From positions 40,486,001-40,550,000 of the forward strand of contig NC_079168.1 in assembly GCF_947568905.1 (NCBI RefSeq): DNA of 64,000 bases, in the 5' to 3' direction. This stretch comes from Ostrea edulis. Taxonomy: Eukaryota. The translations under genes were made by a program, and so were the position numbers. Shown here piece after piece: positions 22,801 to 33,305 of the stretch; position 1 is the first letter of the stretch; each line of letters begins with the position of its first letter. The notes under the pieces are model-generated. The model did not search any database. It was not told the DNA's origin and worked only from the letters and a program-made list of their open reading frames with translations.

Positions 22801-24805
22801 TTCACAATCGAAACGGGTCCAAATTGAATAAATTTTATCATATAATTGTTCCACAGAGGTAATCTCATCCATTGATTGCTCTATCTTTTTTTTAATCTTT
22901 AACCATAAATTTTCTATAATGTTTATATCTGGGCTCTGTGCCGGCCACTCCATCGTGTTGATATGGTTATATTCCATGAATGTTTTAGTAGCCCTAGAAC
23001 GATGAACTGGTGCATTATCATCTTGAAATATATAATTATTGTCAGGAAAGTGTCTTGCTATTACTGGCCATAGATTGTTGTCTATGATTTGAATATATTT
23101 ATCTGAATTGATGTTCCCCTCCACACGTGTTAATGTGCCGACGCCATGATAGGTTATGCAACCCCAAACCATCACGGCAAGTTTCTTGGTTTTTACAGGT
23201 GAAATACATTCTGGTCTAAAGGCCTCGTCACTTTTTCTCCAGATATACACTTTGTTATCACTACCAATAACAATTTGACTCTCGTCTGAAAAAATAATTT
23301 TTTTCCAGTCATCGTTTGTCCATGTTGATTTGGCTCGACACCATGCCACTCTTCTCTGTCTGTTTACAGGGGAAATCCTGATTTTTTTCTTGCAGACACA
23401 TCGACTATACCTCTGATTCTTAAGAAAACGCCACACTGTCTTTTTGGATACATTTCTGTTTTCATTATTGTTAAAATTATTCGTCACATCGGCCAATGGA
23501 GTTTTCCTGTTAGCCTTCACTTGTCGTAAAATTTTCCTTCCGTCACGATCGCTGAGACTTTTCTTGCGACCTGTTTTAGGGGCTGTTTTTACAGTTCCTC
23601 GTTCACAGAAATTTCTGTAAATTCGATGCACAGATGTTTTAGCCATATCTAACATATCTGCAACTTTCTGAAAAGAATTTCCATTCTGAACTAATGTAGC
23701 AACTGACTGTTTGACACCATCCGATGCATATTTATGTTTCGAGGCCATGTTGTTTGGAGAGGTCTTTACTTACTTTATGATTGCAGACGACAAAAATAAC
23801 GTAGTTAGTGTAAACAGGAAGTCATCATCATTATGAAAATACCTAAGGTGTAGTGTCAAATCGTATCTACACTGAAAATGCCTGCCGTAAATAACACGAA
23901 CAGTTTCATTCTTGTGTAACGTCACGTAATCCGTTCCGATACTTTTGTCCACAGTCTGTATATATAACCAAAGCGAATCAATTTCAAAATTCAAATTATT
24001 TGTGATTACAAGCTGGCATGTTATGGTATAGTAGTAAATATACTACATTACAAAGTATATATCACACCCTGGTAATGGTAGATCGGTATTCCCATAACTA
24101 TGCAAACCTTGTACAGATCTATATTCAATTAAGGGGGGGGGGTGTATCTGAGGGATAAGAGGAAATGAGGAGGGGTTAGAAATGAGGTCCGAGGAAGGGG
24201 TAATGTTATGTGGGAGGAGGGACAGGTGGACCACCCACCCCTATTTTGTTCGCCATCTATATCCACCTCTGTGATTACTTTCCACGATTTTGTTAGGCCC
24301 TAGATCTATATCTAATCACCCTTTAACTAATTATGTAAAATACAATAATTTTTGTTTACAGCATAGCGACAACATGTTCAAACAGTTACACTGTCTCACA
24401 GAGACTGGCCATTACAGTTACACTGAAACATATTATAGGCTTACACCACAGGGGCTTGTCCCGATTTGACCCTATATTATAGAATAGACGGTGACAAAAT
24501 GTTCGTGACGAGCCCCTGTCACCTGTGTCTGTACACGTTACAACTTACATCACAGGGGCTCGTCACGAATTGACCCTCTCTATTCTATATTTACATAATA
24601 TAATGTAAATATAGAATAGACGATGTCAAATTTTAATAAGACAAATATTTTGTGACGAGTCCCTGTGCTTACATGTACAAACAGACAAAACCGGCGACCA
24701 TGCAGTTTGAACTTTTGATTTAAACTTACCACATGACTTAAATAGCGGTATAGCTGAAACAACGGAGAAGAGCACTGTTACGGCTGTAAGGACTAACACT
24801 TTCAT
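19838..24805 (-). CDS. NPC2: NPC2-like ML-domain protein C, 146 aa; exons 24805-24730, 22122-22018, 20277-20102, 19921-19838
   Basis: GT-AG introns, phases 1/1/0; exons 2 and 3 are 105 and 176 nt, as in paralogue B. Product MKVLVLTAVTVLFSVVSAIPLFKSC-DGLSNVKTAKVIGCSVAPCTLKRGSNATFQVDFTA-VEAATALKAVVHGIIGGVPLPFNPPNTNGCVNSGIACPVVVGKSYSYVNTIPVLTSYPK-LRLVVKYELKNESDKTVFCVEVPAQIQ*. Six cysteines. Confidence 0.93.
22532..23958 (-). mobile_element. Full-length Tc1-family DNA transposon (1427 bp) in NPC2-C intron 1
   Basis: Perfect 27-bp TIRs (CAGACTGTGGACAAAAGTATCGGAACG), TA on both flanks, intact transposase ORF. Confidence 0.95.
22720..23748 (-). CDS. Tc1 transposase, 342 aa, DD34E
   Basis: Uninterrupted ORF with HTH region, GRKK linker, IFSDES, FQDDNAP and WPAQSPDINIIE. 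Counted 34 residues between the second D and the E. Confidence 0.93.
   Translation of the reverse strand: MASKHKYASDGVKQSVATLVQNGNSFQKVADMLDMAKTSVHRIYRNFCERGTVKTAPKTGRKKSLSDRDGRKILRQVKANRKTPLADVTNNFNNNENRNVSKKTVWRFLKNQRYSRCVCKKKIRISPVNRQRRVAWCRAKSTWTNDDWKKIIFSDESQIVIGSDNKVYIWRKSDEAFRPECISPVKTKKLAVMVWGCITYHGVGTLTRVEGNINSDKYIQIIDNNLWPVIARHFPDNNYIFQDDNAPVHRSRATKTFMEYNHINTMEWPAQSPDINIIENLWLKIKKKIEQSMDEITSVEQLYDKIYSIWTRFDCETIKHLYQSLPKRITAVRRAKGYITKY
24551..24667. mobile_element. 117-bp foldback MITE, TIR CACAGGGGCTCGTCAC, 7-bp TSD cttacat; related copy at 24447-24520
   Basis: TSD at 24544-24550 / 24668-24674; internal 16-bp perfect inverted repeat tattctatatttacat / atgtaaatatagaata. Confidence 0.75.
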
Positions 24806-25178
24806 TTTTCGTTCTGTCAGTTAAGCCTAGCAATCTATGATTTCATGTGTTTCCCGATCCGTCTCTAGACTGACTCAAGTTCGTATCATGTGAGCTGAAT
24901 CACGTGACTGTCGTACGATTACCTCAATCGAATCTCCTCGCCCACCAGTTAGACGTGCGATGGAAAAGGGCGAAGTGTTCCGATTAATGATCCCTTGTCA
25001 CTTCTGGGTGTGGATCTAGGGTTTCTTCTATACTTTTTTTTACTGTTCAAAAGCAAAGCATATTACTATATGATAAATGCTTGAGAAAGGGTGAATAGGC
25101 CTACATTTTACACGCTTTAAATAAAAACAGTGACATAACTGATTGCTTAATCATCATTTTCCAGACATCCTTTCTGGC

Positions 25179-25357
25179 NNNNNNNNNNNNNNNNNNNNNN
25201 NNNNNNNNNNNNNNNNNNNNNNNNNNNNNNNNNNNNNNNNNNNNNNNNNNNNNNNNNNNNNNNNNNNNNNNNNNNNNNNNNNNNNNNNNNNNNNNNNNNN
25301 NNNNNNNNNNNNNNNNNNNNNNNNNNNNNNNNNNNNNNNNNNNNNNNNNNNNNNNNN
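25179..25357. other. Assembly gap (179 N); second gap at 25601-25731 (131 N)
   Basis: Runs of N, just upstream of NPC2-C exon 1. Confidence 1.
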
Positions 25358-28300
25358 TCGATTTTGGTGGCCTATTGTTTGTTGCCACCTTATTTTCATC
25401 ATAGTGGTTATAATTTTCACACTATATCTTAACATGTAACTAAACCAAGTCTACGTACAATTTGATAAGAAAGTAGGATCTCCCTAATTGTTTATCTTGA
25501 TATCTTCTTGTCATCAATAAATGACAATTTTACAACTACAATAATTACTTGTTTGTTGAGATGAAAAATAACTAGCTGCGGGAAACATGTTTTAACTTCT
25601 NNNNNNNNNNNNNNNNNNNNNNNNNNNNNNNNNNNNNNNNNNNNNNNNNNNNNNNNNNNNNNNNNNNNNNNNNNNNNNNNNNNNNNNNNNNNNNNNNNNN
25701 NNNNNNNNNNNNNNNNNNNNNNNNNNNNNNNGGCTTATTGAGGTTTTACAACAAAATGAGATTTTAACATTTTTAGTTTACTTTTATATCAATAAATAAA
25801 AATATGAAATATTTCGGTGAAACTCCTTATATTTATTGAGTTTTTACATTGCAAAGTTGACACCTTACTCCTGAAAATATTACATTATGTTTATATAATG
25901 TAAGGTGTGTAATATATTTATAACGTTTTCTATTCTTTTAAGAACAGGAATCACTATAAGAATAGTAAATATCAACTTCTACAATAAAGTCATATTCATA
26001 ACAACAAATTAATAACAGTCGGTGAGTACTATTTTCATATATAAGATATATAATTAATGTTGGGGCAAAAGTGCAGAAAGGTAAATAATTATTGAATTTT
26101 AGATTTACTCAAGTTTTTGGCTACATATTATTCCGTCTGGTACTTTACTCATGATACCTGACTGACTCATGGTAATTCTAGCGTATTTCAACGACTCTTT
26201 TCATCAAATACAAGTGAATTTGTGTGCTAAATCTTATTCCTGCCGATTGTTTGCATCAGTAAGGATGTTGCTAAAACACGGAATGGAAAACGGAATTGCA
26301 CGAAAACAAAAATCAATATGTATTGGGAAAAATTAAATAGAACGATTTATTTACTATCATAACTACGCATAGGTCTTGCTACATTCAATGATTGTAGTAA
26401 TGAAATATATTTCCGAATCATAACCAGCCTTGATTTAAGAGAATGAGTTAATGTGAATTGCAATTATTGCCTGTGTTTTTACAGGGATGCATGTATATAA
26501 ACAAACGCAGCTGACTAATAGATAGCAGTTTCCTCTTTACTACCTGATACAGGTAGTAAAGAGGAAATTTTGATATTTAAGGTCAAAATTGTTGAGGAAA
26601 AATAGTTGATATTATATATTTTGAATAATTTCTAGTTTCTTATTCTGCAATCATGTATATATGTTCTCCATTCGCTGTACCCCCCCCCCCTCTCCCCCCC
26701 CCCCCCCGTTCTTTGCAAGAAAGAAAGAAATAAGAAAAAAAAAGAAAAGATTAAACCAAGTTATGATTGGAAAGACAAGTAATATCTATGAAAAGATAAA
26801 AAAAAATTATGAATTTGAATCAGCTTAGGCCATTGAAAATTTGGATTTTTTGCATTAAACTTTCTAACCATATGTAGCTGTTAAACGAGTTTCTAATAGG
26901 ACACATTGCATGTTTCTAAACTTTTTAATTTTTCAGCAAACTTAATTCTTCTTGTGCCTAAAAGTACTTTAAATCTGTTTTGAATGAAATAGTTTGTGCA
27001 TTTTTCGAGTTTGAAATCGGCTCTTAGTTTTAAAACCGTATTGTGGCTAATTATCGCAATATTTCGGCGAATGAACTATCTGCATATCAGAATTAATTAC
27101 TATAAGCATAAGATAAAATGCATATAAAGCATACATTGGAAACATATGCATGTGATGTGTCCTTTCATCGATTTAGATATAAATATATATGAAGTTAATT
27201 TCATGTACAGTGCAGACTAACACCTCTACTTGTTGATCCGTTGAATTCAGGGATTTTTAACTAGCTCAATTCAGTAGTAGGTCAACCAGATTTAAACTCT
27301 TAGTGTCACCCTCGTGATAATGTCTTGAATGTATTGTTCATAATACAGATTGAAATATAACGATTGAAACAGAAACTAAATACATCCATGTCTTATTCTT
27401 ATAATGCTGTTGAAGGAGGGGGTGTTCAATTCTTTTTTTTTTTTCAATTTCAAATACGAAATTGGTTCAAATGTTTAGGTCAAAGGTATTGCGCTCCCTC
27501 CTACTGCAGTGAAAATTACCACTTTTCCTGTAATTGAGACAATAAAACATGGAGGCAGAAAGTCCATTTGCAGGGATCATCCTGTTGTCTGTACCATGGT
27601 TTTCCTCTTTCAAGGACGTCAACATTTGTGCGAAAGAACGATTAATGTTTGTGCTAAGAGTATTACACCCTCCAAAACAAAACACACAAGCATAGGTATG
27701 AAAGTTTGTAATTGATTTTTTCAAAAGCGTATTCATTGTCAATATTTCGAAAGAGTTGATATGTTTGTCATGTGTGTAATTTATTTTCTGATATCAACTG
27801 CCATTCATGGTTTATGTAACGAAGCTTTTATTGCAAAAAAACCCCACAACAAACAAACAAACAAAAACGATCCAGCATCTCTAAACCATTTTGTTTGAAT
27901 ACCATGATTTAGTTCACAACCCAGCCCAATAACTGCATTGATATGCGGAATTGAGTGTGATTTTTTGTTTTTAATTTGAATGACTTTGTATTTGTTTTCA
28001 CGTTTTGTTTTCGTAAATCCTAGTATTGATTAATTAGCAATTAAAAACACAGCAAAATTGTAATTGAGATTATGGCATATACTCCGACCAAATCTACATT
28101 AGTGGGTGTTGATTATAAGTTTCTTTTGTTAATTTTTTTTTGTTCCTCTTCAAAAATCAGATTTAGTGTTGGTAATGAGAAATTTTTTATGCCTGGAATA
28201 TATTTTATTCGGACTTTGACTAAGGTAACAGGATGTAATTCATCTACCATTCCTTAAAGCTGGTAATATTTATATATCTATAAAGCTGACAAAAACGTGT

Positions 28301-28606
28301 TTTTTAAATCTGTTAAAAACCCACGTTTTAGAAATTACTTTTCCTGACTCTTAAACTTCTTATACAGTGCAAGGTGTTTTTTTTTCCAATGACCGCTTTT
28401 AATGCAAATTTCTAAATCATCTTAATATGTTACTCTATTGACTTATAATACTCTGCGTATATATAGTGCTCTACTTTAGCTAATTTGCTAGTTTCAATGC
28501 ATGCAACCCTGAACTCTTTTGTTACTTGCATACATGAAATATCATATCGCAAAAGACAACATTAAAATGATGGCCCGCAGTAAATTGACGATCGAGGTCC
28601 GCAACA

Positions 28607-28822
28607 GGCCCCAAAACCATAAATTGAGAATAGACCTAATTAAAAATATTGATTACTTATATCTGAGGATTTATCTAGCGCAGATGTTTGAAAAACTGCA
28701 GGTTTATAAAATAAAATGGAAACATATACTGAAAATTTTATTTGTTTATGAAAATTATTTCCAAAGTTAGCTGGATTTGAAATTTAGACTTAAGTCTATT
28801 CTTAATTTATGGTCTTGGGGCC
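28607..28822. mobile_element. Small inverted-repeat element (~29-bp arms)
   Basis: ggccccaaaaccataaattgagaatagac / gtctattcttaatttatggtcttggggcc; no clear TSD. Confidence 0.5.
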
Positions 28823-30479
28823 ATGTCGTGGGAGTTATACTTAAATTTTCTCAAAATGGTCAATTGATGTTTATGTTTATTAATTAGGTATGAATTAAAT
28901 CAAAACGTATGTTCTAAAGTGGAGCTGAAATATGTTTCCAAATTCACAAAATATGCATGGAAATCATTACCATTGCTAAACTATATGGGGATCAATTCAT
29001 TTTATTTTTTACTTAACATAATCACATTGCATGTACTAGCATTGGGCGCCGTCGGTAGGTGGCGCTGGCGGCAACATTTCCCGGAATCACAAAAAGTTGA
29101 CCTCACTGCGCTAGGTACTTTTCTCCGTTTTATATGATAAAGTCCGAGGTTTAAATACGAAAGTATTAACGTGAAACGAAAGTAAGGAGTTCAAAGTTTA
29201 CGTATATGGTGATATAGAGAGCACGTGGTACGAAATGACATTCTGTCGGTATTTTGAAGTGAGAAAATAAGTAGCAAGACCAGAAATCGGCCATATACGC
29301 AGATTTTACGGTATTATTTAAATAATTTGAACTTCCTTTTTCTTTAAGCAACACTGAGATAATGCGTATATCTCCGGAGAATATGGTAAAATAATTTTTT
29401 TTTAACTTGTTGGGTAGAATTTACAAGAACGATAACTCTAATATTTGTAATCGGAAACAAAGGGAAAATAAATCATGTCCACTTCATTGTCCGCAATAAA
29501 TCGCCGATAAATGTGATTCAATTAAGTTTCCCGTTATCAAATTGTCATGTTTATTTTAAAAGATATATAATTATCCTAGATTTTGTACTTCACCTTGGAA
29601 ATTGATACTGTACCGTCAGTAGGTGACGTTCGCGGCGTAAACAAACGTTGTTTTTTTAGGACCGCCTTGGCTGAGGCCACAAGGGGTGTCCAGGGCAGAT
29701 CCCTGGTTGGGGTGGAGGGGTTGTGTGAAGGATGCATAACATAGCAATTTAAGACCGACCAGCCCATCCTTGTTCCAATTCTTAAGATGTCTCGTTGCAG
29801 AAAATGATATTTCGCAAGGCACAGAACCAACTGGCATGCTCCTTTCCAGCATGTATAACTGCTTTGTTTTGCCCTCACTAGTGGCTTTGGTACAATCTTT
29901 TCTATCAAGGATATTGATAAACAACAATTAAGATATACATATGAAATTGATACAATGATATTTGTGAGGAATTTCATACAGAAATACTATAATTTTCCTC
30001 GTCCGTTAGCTAAAATGACTGAGGGTAGGTATGTTTATTAGCGTTTTGAAGCAATATCGATACTTTTTTTTTAAATCAGCACATTTACATTAAGTGGAAT
30101 ATTGATTAAAATGTTGAAAATATATTGTTTTTAAAAATCTCCCCCTGTCGCTACATGTAGTTTTCTCGATATCCTTGTATAACTAACGAAATATTACAGC
30201 TCTATCCACTTCCACAGAAACACATGCAACAAAAACAATGATCTTATTGATAAACTATGTACATAAATTTGTAGATCATGTCATACTGGTGAGAACAAAA
30301 ATTTAACTCATGACATTCCATTCCATGTTCCGTACCACTTTTCAACAACGCCCGCTAAGTTGCTACTTTCGTTTTCGACAAGTCCGACCAAACAAGATAA
30401 ACAACTTTTAAAATGATTTTTAAATATATTTATTTGCAATTAAGTAATAGAATAACTGTGTATAGGATGTGTCCTAAAT

Positions 30480-30652
30480 CAGTGGCGTAGCCACACAGTA
30501 GCACTGTATGCACGTGCTTACAAATATTTTCGTTAAATTTTTATTACATATTACGAAAAATGTCCTTCGCTTCTAGAGGGGGTGGGGGGTGGGGGGGCTG
30601 CCGCCCCCAATACGACCTGCTTAAAAATAACTCAAACCTAGCTACGCCACTG
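30480..30652. mobile_element. MITE, TIR CAGTGGCGTAGC, probable 5-bp TSD taaat/taatt
   Basis: 12-bp perfect TIR. Confidence 0.7.
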
Positions 30653-30694
30653 TAATTGTCACAAAAATACACGGATTATGACGTAAAACTCAAC

Positions 30695-31052
30695 AAGCCT
30701 GGTTTTGTCGTGGCGGCTCACATATGTTGGAAAAAGGCAGAAATTTAAACAATGGAGCAGGGGTTTCAACAGTTTCGTTTAAAGTAAGCATTTCGCAAAT
30801 TGTATGGTGGGTATAACGATAACTCTGTTTACCTGTTCAAGATGTAGGTCGCACGGCTGGTGTGACCGGTCGACCTGGGAAAGTTACTCCTCCTAGGCAC
30901 CTGATTCTGCCTGCGGTATATCCGGGGGTCAGTGTTTGCCCAACTATCTAATTTGAATTGCTAATTGGGGTTATGAGATGGATCACTGTTCGTTATCTTC
31001 ACCTTTATAGGAGTTATGGGATTGGTCACTGTTTGTAATATTCACCTTTCAT
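30695..31052 (+). mobile_element. PLE 3' region and terminal-repeat (pLTR-like) fragment
   Basis: QGFQQxRLKxAFRKxYGxYND-like tail, followed by the repeat ...ctcctaggcacctgat...gagatggatcactgttcgttatcttcaccttt. Shorter copies of the same repeat occur at ~21600-21690 (+) and ~36845-36910 (-). Confidence 0.6.
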
Positions 31053-31276
31053 GTCAGTTGTAAGTCACACCATCGATCTTTTGATTATTTTTACACTTGG
31101 AGAAAAGTGATGTTTTTTGAGGGATTGGAGACATTTCTCATTCAATAGCGCCAGGAATGTGAAATCAATTTCCTTCGTGATTTTAAGGTAGTGACGGATA
31201 ACAGTCGCCTGATCAGTTAAAATGTTCATTTTCACGTGGATTTCCTTTTTCGGAAATTCTTACACTGCCATAAAGT

Positions 31277-32055
31277 TAGCTGCAATAATGTAGCCCTATC
31301 CAATTTTTTAATTCTGACGTTTTCGGGATAGGGCTACAATTCCATAGGATCTCCGTAATGGTGCAAAATAATTTTATGAATAACCGATAATAAACTCTAT
31401 GTATTAGTCCTAAATGTTGTTTACACCAAAAGGAGTACCAACTTTGTGCTCGGGCATGTCTAATAAAGGTGTTTTTCATTAAATATAATGTTCAGCATGC
31501 AAAATTCTTCGTCTGCTCCGCCATGCTTGTTATCGCGAGATCTCGTAGGTGGATCTAATGAAAAACCTAAACATTGACAATCAGCGCGAAAATGTAGTTA
31601 CTCGAGCCACTTCGACAAAGAAAGGGAAATCATATTGTTGCAGAAAGAATTTACACTCTGCAGTTCGGTTTTTAACTTGATATTAAATTCAAACCTTTTC
31701 AATACCGACGAAATAGCTTTCGCCTCCATACTTGTCCATTGATGTAAATACTACCTTATATGGCATATGCAAATGACTTGACAATCGGAAGTTGAAACTT
31801 CAGTACATCAAACATGGCGCACAAATATGAATCGAGAAATTGGAATTCATCGAAATTGTTGAAAACGGTAGAATAGAGCCTCACAAATCTTAAGTTGCAG
31901 GTTGTAAATTTATATATTGACTAAGAAACATAGAATATCATTTTATTTACGTAAAGAAAGTCAGGAAATGTTTAGAATGAGCGCAAATGTTGCGGGAGTG
32001 AATCACTCCCGCATTTGCACCATTACGGAGATCCTAAGGAGTTGTAGCCCTCTCC

Positions 32056-32098
<43 letters not shown>

Positions 32099-32122
32099 GA
32101 GAGGGCTACATTATTGCAGCTA
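31277..32122. mobile_element. Non-autonomous element with ~95-bp TIRs and a perfect 9-bp TSD ccataaagt (Mutator-like)
   Basis: TAGCTGCAATAATGTAGCCC... at both ends, inverted; TSD at 31268-31276 / 32123-32131; a poly-A tract is expanded in the right TIR. Confidence 0.8.
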
Positions 32123-33066
32123 CCATAAAGTGGTTGACAAAGAAAAATAGTCCCCCTAAGTATATTGTGGCTCTGATGACTCGAAGGCTGAGGCTTGACG
32201 GGTATCTTGCGAAAATGAGCCATACTTTAGATTAGGAACAATATACGTCATTGTAATAATGGTATATCAAATGTTTCGTGCGTGCGGTACTGTTTACTAA
32301 ACGAAATATAAACCACCATGAATAATACATATGTGCACAACGTAAACAAAGTTGTTCATTCATCGTAATGTCCGAGTACTGCGAGTTTTGATATACTGTA
32401 TAATGTTGAAAAGGGCTAATAAGAATTAATAAACCTCTTTACGTTTTTTATTCAAAACTTCCTGTTCTTCTTCATTACTATGTAACACACATATTTGACA
32501 TGCATTTATCACGTCTATACCGGCATTGCTATTAAATTACAAATTGATCAAAATAATGAATAAAGTTTAATCAAATTTTAGCAAAAACTAAACATGCAAA
32601 TTATTCATTTTTCGCTGCAATTCCTCAGATCAGCAAGGTGTGTCCATTTGTAAGCCTATAGAACATAATACATTCCTTCCATTGGATATTCCTGTAAATT
32701 AAGGAAACTTTAAATAATTTTCTGAATAATCTAGACACCATTATGAAGCTGAGATTTATAGTTATTCCGTACTATTTCTCAGATTATAGAAATATTGATA
32801 TATAGAGTATTGAGCACCTGCATCTTTCTTAGTCATGCAAATACTGAAATACAAAGCAAACAACATCTTACTATTTATAAGTCATATATATCTTGATATA
32901 AAAAGTAAAGAATTTATTCATCTTTGTAAGCCATCACAATGTTGATACACAAAACAAACAACAATTGTAGACATAACGTACCGATGGCGTTCAACGAAAT
33001 ATTGAGTTGTTAGTTTGCCGTTGATTTTTATTTTCAATGAATTATTTAAGTACGAAGCAGATGTAC

Positions 33067-33305
33067 AGGACTATGTGGTGTCTTTTATTTCGAGTTCACA
33101 GGAATATTACGAATTGAGATATAAATGAAAATGATTATTGTTAATAGATAAATCGTTCATATTTCTAAATGTCGAGTTGAAGGTCAAATAAAGAGATTAT
33201 TATTTCTCATGTAGAAGTTTTTCAATAAATGCTGTCTAATAGCAATAAAACAGGTCAGTTAACAATTGACCACAATTTGTGTCCATGGGGATTCCCTAGG
33301 TACAC
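33067..33305 (-). mobile_element. Second, more decayed PLE RT fragment
   Basis: Nucleotide similarity to 5685-5930 (ggactatgtggtgtcttttatttcgagttcac...ccatggggattcc). Confidence 0.7.

Noticed and set aside
25101-25439. ORFs spanning poly-X
   Set aside because: Artefacts of the N gap; NPC2-C exon 1 was found at 24730-24805 instead.
27509-27742. ORF with C-x6-C spacing like NPC2 exon 3; also a KDC...PC ORF at 29616-29927
   Set aside because: Cys positions, exon lengths and flanking motifs do not match the three NPC2 genes, and there are no proper donor sites.
30970-31052. PLE terminal repeat reading GUGAAGA-UAAC-GAAC on the minus strand, reminiscent of a hammerhead core
   Set aside because: C3 and A15.1 are substituted, and I found no convincing stems I or III.
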